NCBI GenBank assembly: GCA_043827405.1
Contig: JBDRPD010000003.1
Span: forward strand, 32,001-96,000
Reading direction: 5' to 3'
DNA length: 64,000 nucleotides
From: Elusimicrobiota bacterium
GTDB taxonomy: Bacteria; Elusimicrobiota; Elusimicrobia; UBA1565
The notes under the pieces were generated by a model, which worked only from the letters and a program-made list of their open reading frames with translations, made no database searches and was not told where the DNA came from. Positions 1 to 8,808 of the stretch are shown here, in pieces (position 1 is the stretch's first letter; the number at the start of each line of letters is the position of its first letter). The translations under genes and the position numbers were made by a program.

Positions 1-1316
1 GCCGGGCCGGGAAAGAAGGGCTTCTGAAGCTCGCCGTCCGGCAATGGGGCGGCCATGAGGAGTCTTAGTTCCTCTCCCCGCTCGAGGATTAGTTCATCGG
101 CCTGCAGAACTTCGAGATCCTTGGACAGCAGCGATGTTTCAGCCCGCAATAGATCGTCTTTTTCCGCTTCGTAGCGCTGGGCAAGCTTTTTTGTCGTGTC
201 GAGGAATTCGCGCGCGTCCTCCCGGGAACCGCTGAGAACCTTTTTGTTCTCGTGGCTGAGCCAGAGCTCCGTATAAGCGGTTGCGACCCGTTGGGCGAGC
301 AGTTCAGAGGCGCGGTCGAGATCCGCCCGGGCCGCGCGCACGTCGATAGCCGCTTCCCGCAGCGCGCTGCGTTCGGGGCGGCCGATAAAGCCTTTGAGCA
401 GGGATTGCGTTACGGATAGATCAAGCTTGGATCTCGTGCGCGGATTGAGGGTGAAGGTGGAGCTGACGTCGTCGATCTCTTTGGCCAGCGAGGAGTCGAG
501 CGCGAGGCCGGTGCCGGTGGCGAAGCGCTTGGCCAGCCCGATGCCGGCGCTGTCGGTGATGGTGCGCGGGGTTTGGAAAAACACGGCGGGCGGCGTTTTG
601 GCATCGAGGCGTTGGATGGCGGCGCTGATCGACGTGTCGTAAGCGCCGAGCAGCGCCAGTTGCCGGGCCAGCGCCGCCTGATGCGCGGCGCGGACGGGGG
701 CAAGTTCGGGATTGTTTTTCAGCGCGCTGTGCACCGCGGTCAGCACCGGAAAGGGGGGGCGGTGTACGCTGGGGACCGACAAGGCGTCCGCGGTGCCGGG
801 AATCGCCAGCAGCAGCGCGCCGAGCAGGGGCAGCAGCTTGGCCCGGATATTCGCCATGGCGGAGCGCATCGTTTTCCTTTCCGCGCCGGAGACGCCGGCG
901 TAGATGGTCTTGAGCAGCTTGATAATGCCGGGCCAGAAGGCGCGTATTTTTTTGCGCCCGGCCGGCGTGATCTCGATCAGGGTTATCCGGCGGTCTGCGC
1001 GGGTGCGCAGACGGCGTACCAGTCCGGCCTTCTCCAGCGTATCGGTCAAGCCGGTCACGTTGGCCTGGGAGACCAGCAGCTGCATGCTGACCGCGCTCAT
1101 CGGCAGCGGTCTCTCCTGGCCGTCGAGCAGGAACAGGATGCCCATGGCCGGCGGCGTCAGGCCATGCGGCCGGAGCTGCTTGGAGAGGGTGCGAAAGAGC
1201 ATGTCGAAGGTGCGGATGATGCCGATATGCGTCTCGATGAGTTCGGGATCGAATCCGGGATAGTTCTCCGCCATGTGGGCGAAGCGCTCGCGCATGGGAT
1301 CTTTCGGCTGCGGCAT
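1..1316 (-). CDS. MarR-family regulator fused in frame to a TolC/outer-membrane efflux protein (3' end beyond the window edge)
   Basis: Manual translation from ATG 1316 has no stop down to base 1. N-terminal part is MarR-like: LRPHGLTPPAMGILFLL...ANVTGLTDTLEKAGLVRRLRTRADRRITLIEITPAG. It is followed by a signal-like stretch AKLLPLLGALLLAIPGTADA and OEP-type segments ALKNNPEL, LSVTQSLLKG, VATAYTEL, DLLRAE. Not in the ORF track because no stop lies in the window. Confidence 0.85.
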   Translation of the reverse strand, partial: MPQPKDPMRERFAHMAENYPGFDPELIETHIGIIRTFDMLFRTLSKQLRPHGLTPPAMGILFLLDGQERPLPMSAVSMQLLVSQANVTGLTDTLEKAGLVRRLRTRADRRITLIEITPAGRKKIRAFWPGIIKLLKTIYAGVSGAERKTMRSAMANIRAKLLPLLGALLLAIPGTADALSVPSVHRPPFPVLTAVHSALKNNPELAPVRAAHQAALARQLALLGAYDTSISAAIQRLDAKTPPAVFFQTPRTITDSAGIGLAKRFATGTGLALDSSLAKEIDDVSSTFTLNPRTRSKLDLSVTQSLLKGFIGRPERSALREAAIDVRAARADLDRASELLAQRVATAYTELWLSHENKKVLSGSREDAREFLDTTKKLAQRYEAEKDDLLRAETSLLSKDLEVLQADELILERGEELRLLMAAPLPDGELQKPFFPGP

Positions 1317-1327
1317 GCCCTAGGATA

Positions 1328-1347
1328 ATACTTAAGGACTTAACTAT
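1328..1347. promoter_or_regulatory. Imperfect palindrome ATACTTAAG-GA-CTTAACTAT, candidate MarR operator
   Basis: 8/9 bp inverted repeat directly upstream of the -10-like TATCCT (1327-1322) of the MarR gene. Confidence 0.55.
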
Positions 1348-1483
1348 CAAGGCCTAAATATTATTGCAGGTCCACCGGCCCAGGCCCCGGTGGGCCGATT
1401 TATCGGGCTATTTTGGGACTTTGGACACGCGGGGAAGGGAGCTTCTTCCATATATAATCCAGATACCTGAGGAGAAACCCATT

Positions 1484-4400
1484 ATGAAACATCTACGCAC
1501 AGCGCTTACCGTCTTCATTTCCGTCAGCCTGATCACTTTGTCGCCCGGACTCGGCGCCTATCGCGCCTGTGCCAGCATGATCGGCGCGGCGACGGCGGTC
1601 AAAGGTTCCGCCGCCGGCGTCAACGGCGCGGTCGGCGCGGCCGTCGGCAATCCCGCTCTCATCCGCTCCCTGAGCGTGACTCCCGTCAACCTGAACCTCA
1701 ACTCCGGCGTTCTTCCCGGTATGAGTTCGCTGCCGGGTTCCGTTATCGCGCCGCATGCGGGTGTCCGGCTTGCGCCCAGCCTGATGGTTCAGACGCAGAT
1801 TTCAGGCGCGGCGGCGGCGCTTCCGCTCAAGGCGGCGCTTTCCGTCAAGACGAGCCGTGCGCCGCCGGCGGCAAAAAAGACGCAGTCTCTCCTCAAGAGC
1901 CTCAGCCTTGCGCTGCCCAAGTTCGGCGAGATGTCCGGCGCCGAGGCCAAGTCCTCCGCCCAGACCGACTTCCTGAGCCGTATCGGCAGCTATAAGTCCC
2001 GCGGCGAGTCCGCCGCGGTCGCGCCCAAGGCCTCGGTCTTTCAGAGCCTGCGGCGTGGAATGCGGCTGAGCGCCGCCAAGAAGTCCTCCAAGAAAGAGGA
2101 TATGCCGGACTACGGGCGCGATGATGATCGCAGTTCGGAACCGGACTATAATGATCTGGACGAGCTGGGCAATGAACGCCGCCGGCAGGACCCCGGTCCG
2201 GACGATGGCTACGACGAGTTCGGCGGCGACGGCGGCCGCGGCAACAGCGATCTTTTCGGCTTCATGCCCTTGGTGTTCGCGGGCTCGAGCCTGTTTATCG
2301 CGCCGCTCTTGGGCGCGCTTTCGCTCCCGGTGATGATCGGCACCTATCTCGCCGTCGTCCTGCCGTCTTTGGTGCTCCATGAGATGGGCCATGCCTGGGC
2401 GGCCGACAAGCTCGGCGACCCCAGCGCCCGCCTCGCCGGACGCATGAGCTTCAGCCCCCGGAACCTCTGGAATCACCTGAATATGCCGCTGAGCTTCAAC
2501 CTTTTCGGCCGGCAAATCTCCATCCCGCTGGGCATGAGCTTCGTGCTGCCGCTTGGGATGATGACGATCTCAATGCTGACTGTGGGCGTGCCGATCCTGT
2601 TCGGCGGCGCGCGGCCGGTTCAGGTCAATTCCGGCAATCTCGCGAGCCCCGCGCAGAACCGGACGGCCGCCAAGGGCATGGGACTTGTCGCCTTGGCCGG
2701 CCCGGCGGTTAACTTCGGCATCGCCGCGCTCGCCGGCCTGACGCATTTCGGTCTCATGGCCGCGGGCGTGGGCGGCGCGGTGCTGCCGGTTCTGGCGGCT
2801 TCGGTCTTCCTTAATGTGCTGCTCGGAGTCTTCAACCTGCTGCCGTTCGCGCCGCTTGACGGGCATCATGTCGGGCGCTCGTTTCTCGCCGACACCCTCG
2901 GCCGGCCGGACTGGGCCGAGAAGGCTTACGGCAGCGCCGAAGGCTATATGAGTCCGGCCGCCCGCGCGGTCAATATCTACGGGCTGATCGGAACGGTTCT
3001 GTTCATGCTGGGGCCGGTGCTGGGCGCGGTGCATTTGATCTCGAGCGTCTTCCTCGCCGGCTCATCGTGGCTGGTGAGCTCGGGCGCGCTGGCGGCGTCG
3101 GGCGTTCTCCCGGCGGTCGGCGCGCTGGGTCTCATGGTCGGCCAAATCCTCGGCGGCGGCAGCACCATGGGCGGCAATTCGGACGGCGCCAAGTCGGAGC
3201 CGGCCGTTGAGATTCCGGACGCCCGCGAGCTTATCGTACGCTTTGACGGCGCGAAGTCGAAGCTTTCGGCGGACCATCATCTCAGCCTGGTGGACGTCGG
3301 CGCCCAGGGCGGCATGCGGCTCTATCAGGCGACCGTGCAGGGGATGATGGCGCAGCTGCACCTGTCGGGTCTGGACATGAGCCTGCTCCACCGCTTCGGC
3401 GCCACTCCGATCGCCACCTATAAAAGGATAAACGCGGCGACCCTGCGCATGCCGGCCTCGCAGAAGGACGCCATGAAGCAGGCGCTCACAGCGCGCGGCT
3501 TCAAGGTCTACGAGAACGAGCGGCGCGAGATCGTGCGCCCGATCGAGGACGATCCGAACGTGCAGATGCCGCAGGCCGCGCCGCAGCGGGGAGCGGTTTC
3601 TATGAAGGAGACGCTCGAAATTTCCACTATGGACAAGGTCCATGAAGCGGCACGCCAGCGGTGGGGTTCGCCGCAGCGCAGCGACTGGCGCGCGCGGCTG
3701 CTGAACTTCCTGCTCACCAAGGTGCTGCGCGGCAGCATCGCGCAGCCCAATATCGGCGTCATCGATACCGGGGTGGAGAAAGACCATCCGCTGATCGCCC
3801 CCGGCCTTAAAGCCGCCAAGGACGTCGATCCCAACGGCAGCGGCGCCGACAGGAACGGGCATGGGACCTGGGTGACGTCTATGGTGTTCTGGTTCGCCCC
3901 CTGGCTCAAGAATATCACGCATTATAAAATCTTCGGCGATAACGGCGGGGCGACCCTCGACGACGTGCTCAAGGGTCTGACCATGGCCGGCAACGACAAG
4001 AACATCGTCATCTCCAACTCCTGGGGCTCCGACGACGGCGACCCGAACAGCCCGGACTCCATGCTGGTCAAGAAGTTGGCGGAAGAGGGGCATATCATGG
4101 TATTCGCCGCCGGGAACGCCGGCTATCGGGGCGCCAATACCATCGGCTCTCCCGCGATATCGCATTACGTGGACGCCAAGACCGGCGCGCCCCGGGTGAT
4201 CGCGATCGCCTCTACCGACCGCAATAAGGCGGTTTCGAGCTTCTCCTCCAAGGGGCCGGGCAGCCGCAAGACGCGCAATATCCCGGATTATCCGCGCAAA
4301 CCCAACGCCGCCGAGCAGGGCGACAATACCGAGGGCGCCTGGCTGGGCGGCAGGACCCGGGCCATTTCCGGAACCTCGATGTCGACCCCGAAGTTCGCGG

Positions 4401-4705
4401 GGACGATTGCCATGCTGGCGCAGCTCTTCGGCGTGACCGAGGTCGGCGAGGACCTCGACCGGATCGTCAACGCCGTTATGGGCACTCTCGTGAACCCGAA
4501 AAATGAGACGCCGACGGCCATCGGGGACGGCTTCAGCGCCGCTTACGCCGCCTATGAGCGGCTTAATGCGACCGGCTTCATGCCGGTTAAGCGCGGGCTG
4601 GTCCGGCGCCTGCTTATTTGGCTGCTGGACCGCGCTCAGGTCGGCGGCGAGGCGCCAAAAGCGCCGCCCGCTCCCGCGGCAGACGAAAGAAACGTAGAAA
4701 AATAA
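1484..4705 (+). CDS. Site-2 protease (M50) / subtilisin-like (S8) fusion protein with N-terminal signal-like sequence
   Basis: SD AGGAG before ATG 1484. M50 motifs HEMGH (2378-2392) and NLLPFAPLDG (2834-2863) lie among hydrophobic segments. S8 triad: GVIDTG (D at 3764), NGHGT (H at 3860), GTSMSTP (S at 4376); oxyanion motif AAGNAG. Confidence 0.9.
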   Translation: MKHLRTALTVFISVSLITLSPGLGAYRACASMIGAATAVKGSAAGVNGAVGAAVGNPALIRSLSVTPVNLNLNSGVLPGMSSLPGSVIAPHAGVRLAPSLMVQTQISGAAAALPLKAALSVKTSRAPPAAKKTQSLLKSLSLALPKFGEMSGAEAKSSAQTDFLSRIGSYKSRGESAAVAPKASVFQSLRRGMRLSAAKKSSKKEDMPDYGRDDDRSSEPDYNDLDELGNERRRQDPGPDDGYDEFGGDGGRGNSDLFGFMPLVFAGSSLFIAPLLGALSLPVMIGTYLAVVLPSLVLHEMGHAWAADKLGDPSARLAGRMSFSPRNLWNHLNMPLSFNLFGRQISIPLGMSFVLPLGMMTISMLTVGVPILFGGARPVQVNSGNLASPAQNRTAAKGMGLVALAGPAVNFGIAALAGLTHFGLMAAGVGGAVLPVLAASVFLNVLLGVFNLLPFAPLDGHHVGRSFLADTLGRPDWAEKAYGSAEGYMSPAARAVNIYGLIGTVLFMLGPVLGAVHLISSVFLAGSSWLVSSGALAASGVLPAVGALGLMVGQILGGGSTMGGNSDGAKSEPAVEIPDARELIVRFDGAKSKLSADHHLSLVDVGAQGGMRLYQATVQGMMAQLHLSGLDMSLLHRFGATPIATYKRINAATLRMPASQKDAMKQALTARGFKVYENERREIVRPIEDDPNVQMPQAAPQRGAVSMKETLEISTMDKVHEAARQRWGSPQRSDWRARLLNFLLTKVLRGSIAQPNIGVIDTGVEKDHPLIAPGLKAAKDVDPNGSGADRNGHGTWVTSMVFWFAPWLKNITHYKIFGDNGGATLDDVLKGLTMAGNDKNIVISNSWGSDDGDPNSPDSMLVKKLAEEGHIMVFAAGNAGYRGANTIGSPAISHYVDAKTGAPRVIAIASTDRNKAVSSFSSKGPGSRKTRNIPDYPRKPNAAEQGDNTEGAWLGGRTRAISGTSMSTPKFAGTIAMLAQLFGVTEVGEDLDRIVNAVMGTLVNPKNETPTAIGDGFSAAYAAYERLNATGFMPVKRGLVRRLLIWLLDRAQVGGEAPKAPPAPAADERNVEK

Positions 4706-4718
4706 TAAGAAATATTTA

Positions 4719-4758
4719 TAGGCCCTAAGACCCTAAGAGACCTGGGCCTCTTGTCCCT
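4719..4758. promoter_or_regulatory. Pair of 16-bp TAGGnCnnnnGnCCTA-like palindromes, 24 bp apart
   Basis: TAGGCCCTAAGACCCT at 4719-4734 and TGGGCCTCTTGTCCCT at 4743-4758. Confidence 0.5.
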
Positions 4759-4806
4759 TTAATGAAAACGGCATACGGCTACACTGGTGGTGGACGGGAA
4801 TCGGCA

Positions 4807-5205
4807 ATGAAGACCGCAGCGAAAACTTCGATACTCCTGGTGGACGACGACGATAATTTCCGCGAAACCATGTCGGACGCGATGGCTTTGCGGGACGTCG
4901 AAATCCAGGGAGCGACCAACGGGGCGCAGGCGCGTACGAGCCTGCAGTCTCATACGCCTTCCTTGATACTGCTGGATGTTCAGCTGCCGGACACCCAGGG
5001 CTTCGCTCTCTGCCGCGATATCAAGCAGGACGAGCGTTATAAAAACGTGCCGGTCGTGCTGTTGTCGGCGAAGTATACGGAGCCGGCGGATCGAGTCGAA
5101 GGCATGCTTTGCGGCGCCGACGCATATCTCTCCAAGCCCATTAAGTTGGATGCGCTTTTCGACGAGATGGAGTACCTTCTTGACAAGGCGGGTCGAGCCT
5201 GCTAA
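4807..5205 (+). CDS. Single-domain response regulator (CheY-like receiver)
   Basis: ILLVDDD, LILLDVQLPD, VVLLSA, GADAYLSKP; alternative start at 4762. Confidence 0.9.
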   Translation: MKTAAKTSILLVDDDDNFRETMSDAMALRDVEIQGATNGAQARTSLQSHTPSLILLDVQLPDTQGFALCRDIKQDERYKNVPVVLLSAKYTEPADRVEGMLCGADAYLSKPIKLDALFDEMEYLLDKAGRAC

Positions 5206-5208
5206 TAT
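5180..5208 (+). promoter_or_regulatory. Sigma70-type promoter upstream of trxA
   Basis: TTGACA (5180-5185), 17-nt spacer, TAATAT (5203-5208). Confidence 0.7.
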
Positions 5209-5269
5209 GTCTTTGTCGTTGACGTAGCGTCGTTCTCTCCGCATTTTTCCCCGCTTCTAGGAGGCCTGG

Positions 5270-5605
5270 ATGTCCGCCGAGATTCAGCTAACTGACGATA
5301 CTTTCGAGAAGGAAGTTCTGCAGAGCAGTGAACCCGTTTTAGTCGATTTTTGGGCGCCCTGGTGCGGCCCTTGCCGCATGATCGCGCCGATCGTTGAGGA
5401 GCTGGCCGAGGAGTATGCGGGGAAGGCCAAGATCGCCAAGCTCAATACGGACGAGAGCCCCAATACGGCTACGAAGTTCAATATTTCGGCCATTCCGACC
5501 ATGCTGTTCTTCAAGGGTGGGGAGGTCGAAAAGCAGGTGGTCGGCGTTCATTCGAAGGCCGACATAAAAAAGATTCTTGACGAGCTTCTCGGGACGAACA
5601 CTTAG
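5270..5605 (+). CDS. trxA: Thioredoxin
   Basis: VDFWAPWCGPC active site, cis-Pro loop AIPT, SD GGAGG. Confidence 0.97.
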   Translation: MSAEIQLTDDTFEKEVLQSSEPVLVDFWAPWCGPCRMIAPIVEELAEEYAGKAKIAKLNTDESPNTATKFNISAIPTMLFFKGGEVEKQVVGVHSKADIKKILDELLGTNT

Positions 5606-6119
5606 CGTCCCGGCGGCGCTTTTCGCGCTGCTCCTGGCGGCCGGCTGTACGCCTCCGGGGGATGGGTCCGGTGGAGATGCCGGGCTCGGAGAACCCGCGC
5701 CGGAGTTTGCGCTCAAGGACCTGACGGGGCGGATTGTCCGGCTCGCGGATTTTAAGGGGAAAGTCGTTCTTATCGACTTTTGGGCGACGTACTGTCTCCC
5801 CTGCCGGGACGCCATACCCGAACTGCAGGCGCTCCATGATAAGCATCAGGCGGAGGGCTTCGCGGTCATCGGGATCAGCGTGGACGCTTATGCCGGACAT
5901 GTGCCGGACTTCGTTCGCGAGCTGGGTGTGAAGTACCCTGTCGTTTTGGATCCGGAGCAGGAGACGGCGAGATCGTTCGGCTTCAGCCAGCTGCCGACGA
6001 CCTTCCTCGTGGACCGCTCCGGCAGGATACGCCGGAAATGGCTCGGATACGATCCCGCGATCGCCGAGGAAATTCACCGTGAAGTCGCAGCAGCGCTGCA
6101 AGATAAAGGAACCTCCTAG
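5577..6119 (+). CDS. TlpA/ResA-like thiol-disulfide oxidoreductase, lipoprotein
   Basis: Lipobox LAAGC; APEFAL, GKVVLIDFWATYCLPC, LPTTFLVDRSG; start codon uncertain. Confidence 0.85.
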   Translation: MTSFSGRTLSVPAALFALLLAAGCTPPGDGSGGDAGLGEPAPEFALKDLTGRIVRLADFKGKVVLIDFWATYCLPCRDAIPELQALHDKHQAEGFAVIGISVDAYAGHVPDFVRELGVKYPVVLDPEQETARSFGFSQLPTTFLVDRSGRIRRKWLGYDPAIAEEIHREVAAALQDKGTS

Positions 6120-6147
6120 CCGCACCTGCTAACCCTTGTCTCCTGTT

Positions 6148-8808
6148 ATGACCGCACAACAGCGTATATACCTGGTGGACGCGCACGCGTATCTCCACCG
6201 GGCGTATCACGCCCTGTACGGCTCCCAGCTGCGCAGTTCCGCGGGCGAGCCGGTGTGGGCGCTGTTCGGCTTCGCCAAGATGCTGCTGGCGATCATTAAG
6301 AAGGAAACGCCGGACTATCTGGCCGTGTGCTTCGACTTGCCCGAGCCGACTTTCCGCCACAAGAAATTCAAGGAATACAAGGCGACCCGCAAGGAGCTCG
6401 ATGAGGATTTGATCGTCCAGCTGGGGCAGGCCGAGAACATGGTCCGGACCATGGGGCTCACTACCGTCGCGCAGCCCGGCTATGAGGCGGACGACCTGCT
6501 CGCCACGCTGGCGCGCCGGGCGATAGAGGACGGCCTGGACGCCGTGATCGTGAGCGGCGACAAGGATGCGCTGCAGCTGATCGGCGAGCGGGTCAAAGTT
6601 TACAACGAAGCGAAAGAAATCTTCTACGATGCCGAAGGGGTCCGCGAAAAGCTCAAGGTCGCGCCGGAGCAGGTCGTCGACTATTTGGCGATTATCGGCG
6701 ACACCTCGGACAATGTCCCGGGGGTGCCGGGGATCGGCCCGGTAGGCGCCGTCAAGCTGCTCAACCACTTCGGCACTCTGGCCGAGGCGATCGAGGCGGC
6801 AAAGCAGGGGCATAAGGACATCAAGCCCAAGGCGGCGGAGAGCCTGGTCAAATTCGCTGAGGCCGCGCGCCTGAGCCAGGACCTTATCCGCCTCGACGCC
6901 CAAGCGCCGATTAAGGTTAAGCCGCGCGACTGCTCGCCGGAAGTTGAGCCGACGCCCGAGCTCATCGAGCTGTTCTCCCGTCTTGGTTTCAAGAGTATTC
7001 TTAAAAGCCTGGGGGCGGTTCCGGCTTCCGCGGAGCCGCCCGCGCCGTCCGTCGCGGGCGCCGGCAGCGCCGCCGCGCCGGCCGCGATCCTCTTTAAGCC
7101 GGTCCCGCCCCGGGAGATGGCGGCGGCGGCCCAGACGGCGCCCATGGTGGCGGTGGCGGTGGAGCATGGAGCGCAGCCCGACCTGCTGACCACGGCGAAC
7201 CCGCAGGTGGGCTTGGCGCTGCCCGACGGCCGGACCGCGGTATTTATTGATGAGGACTTCGTGAAGCATCGCGGCGCCCTGGCCAAGATTTTCGGCGCCG
7301 GCGACGTGCAGAAGTTCGGCCACGATCTCAAGGCGGTGATTCGCGGCCTGGACGGCAGCGGATTGGAGCTGGCACCTCCGCTGGCCGATACCATGCTCGC
7401 GGCCTACTGTCTCGATCCGTCGCGCCCCGAGTATGCGCTGGAGGCGGTGCTCGCCGAGGCAGGTTTGGATCTGCCGCCGGATGAGGAGCGTTCCCAGGCG
7501 CTGGCGCGCCGCGCCGCCGCGGTATGGGCGCTGCATAAGCGCTTTGACCCGGAGCTGCGCCGGACGGGGCTCGAGAAGCTGTATCGCGAATTCGAACTGC
7601 CGCTGCTGCGCGTGCTCGCCGCTATGGAAATCGAGGGGGTCGCGATCGACCGCGCTTATCTGCAGCGGCTCGCCAAGGAGTTCGCGGGCGAGATCGCGCG
7701 GATCAAGCGCGAGGTGGATAAGCTGGCGGGCGTGGAGATCAACCTCGGTTCTCCCAAGCAGCTCGTTGAGCTGCTCGTCGATAAGCTCAAGCTGCCCGTT
7801 ATCCACAAGACCAAGAAGGGCGGCGTCTCGACCGACGAGACCGCGCTGCGGGCCTGGTCCGAACAGCATCCGATCCCCGGGAAGATCATCGAGTACCGCG
7901 AGCTGACCAAGCTCAAGTCCACCTATATCGACGCGCTGCTGGAGAAGGCCGATCCCGAGACGGATCGCGTCCACTCCCATTTCAATCAGGCCGGGACGGC
8001 GACCGGCCGGCTTTCGAGCCTCGACCCCAATCTGCAGAATATCCCGGTGCGGACCGCTCTCGGGCGCCGTATCCGCCGCGGCTTCATCGCCGGCAAGGGG
8101 CGGGCGCTGCTGGCCGCCGACTACTCGCAGATCGATCTGCGGGTCCTGGCCCATTTGTCGGCGGACCCGATGCTGTGCGGGGCGTTTCGCGGCGGGGAGG
8201 ACGTCCACCTGAAGACCGCCAGCGAGGTGTTCGGCCTGGCGCCGGAGGACGTGAGTCCTGAGATGCGCCGCCGCGCCAAGGCGGTAAACTTCGGCATCGT
8301 CTACGGCCAGAGCGCGCATGGCCTGAGCGGCGAGCTCGGTATCGCGCATGGGCAGGCGAAAGAATACATCGACGGCTATTTCCAGCGCTACAGCGGCGTG
8401 GCCGCCTGGCTCAAGAGCAACCTGGATGCCGCCCGCCGGGACGGCTGCGTTAAGACCCTGCTCGGCCGCATTCGCTACCTGCCCGACATCAACGCGAAGA
8501 ATTTCCGTGAGCGCGCGTTCAATGAACGGGTTGCCGGCAATACTCCCATCCAGGGCACGTCCGCCGACATCATCAAGGCGGCGATGATTAACATCCATAC
8601 TAAGATGGCGGAGTCGGGCAAATGGAAGGCCCGACTGGTGCTGCAGGTGCATGATGAGCTGATCTTCGAGCTGCCCCAGAGCGAGGTCGTGAAGTTCGGC
8701 GCTTGGGTGCGCCGGGAAATGGAGACCGCGATCAAGCTGGACGTGCCGGTCGTTGTTGATGTGAAATCCGGACCAAACTGGAACGAGATGAAGGCGGTCA
8801 AGCTATGA
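6148..8808 (+). CDS. polA: DNA polymerase I
   Basis: 5'-3' exonuclease motifs (YEADD, GDTSDNVPGVPGIG); polymerase motifs TGRLSS.PNLQNIP, ADYSQI, AKAVNFGIVYG, QVHDEL. Confidence 0.98.
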   Translation: MTAQQRIYLVDAHAYLHRAYHALYGSQLRSSAGEPVWALFGFAKMLLAIIKKETPDYLAVCFDLPEPTFRHKKFKEYKATRKELDEDLIVQLGQAENMVRTMGLTTVAQPGYEADDLLATLARRAIEDGLDAVIVSGDKDALQLIGERVKVYNEAKEIFYDAEGVREKLKVAPEQVVDYLAIIGDTSDNVPGVPGIGPVGAVKLLNHFGTLAEAIEAAKQGHKDIKPKAAESLVKFAEAARLSQDLIRLDAQAPIKVKPRDCSPEVEPTPELIELFSRLGFKSILKSLGAVPASAEPPAPSVAGAGSAAAPAAILFKPVPPREMAAAAQTAPMVAVAVEHGAQPDLLTTANPQVGLALPDGRTAVFIDEDFVKHRGALAKIFGAGDVQKFGHDLKAVIRGLDGSGLELAPPLADTMLAAYCLDPSRPEYALEAVLAEAGLDLPPDEERSQALARRAAAVWALHKRFDPELRRTGLEKLYREFELPLLRVLAAMEIEGVAIDRAYLQRLAKEFAGEIARIKREVDKLAGVEINLGSPKQLVELLVDKLKLPVIHKTKKGGVSTDETALRAWSEQHPIPGKIIEYRELTKLKSTYIDALLEKADPETDRVHSHFNQAGTATGRLSSLDPNLQNIPVRTALGRRIRRGFIAGKGRALLAADYSQIDLRVLAHLSADPMLCGAFRGGEDVHLKTASEVFGLAPEDVSPEMRRRAKAVNFGIVYGQSAHGLSGELGIAHGQAKEYIDGYFQRYSGVAAWLKSNLDAARRDGCVKTLLGRIRYLPDINAKNFRERAFNERVAGNTPIQGTSADIIKAAMINIHTKMAESGKWKARLVLQVHDELIFELPQSEVVKFGAWVRREMETAIKLDVPVVVDVKSGPNWNEMKAVKL

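Noticed and set aside
421..1350. Track ORFs 421-1350 (-) and 573-1328 (+)
   Set aside because: Alternative frames; the real gene is the unlisted MarR-TolC frame starting at 1316
5983..8652. 889-aa minus-strand ORF, and similar long antisense ORFs at 18562-20250, 21662-23809, 31579-33693, 35898-37355 and 44188-45702
   Set aside because: Antisense shadows of well-supported genes, expected at high GC; no motifs recognised
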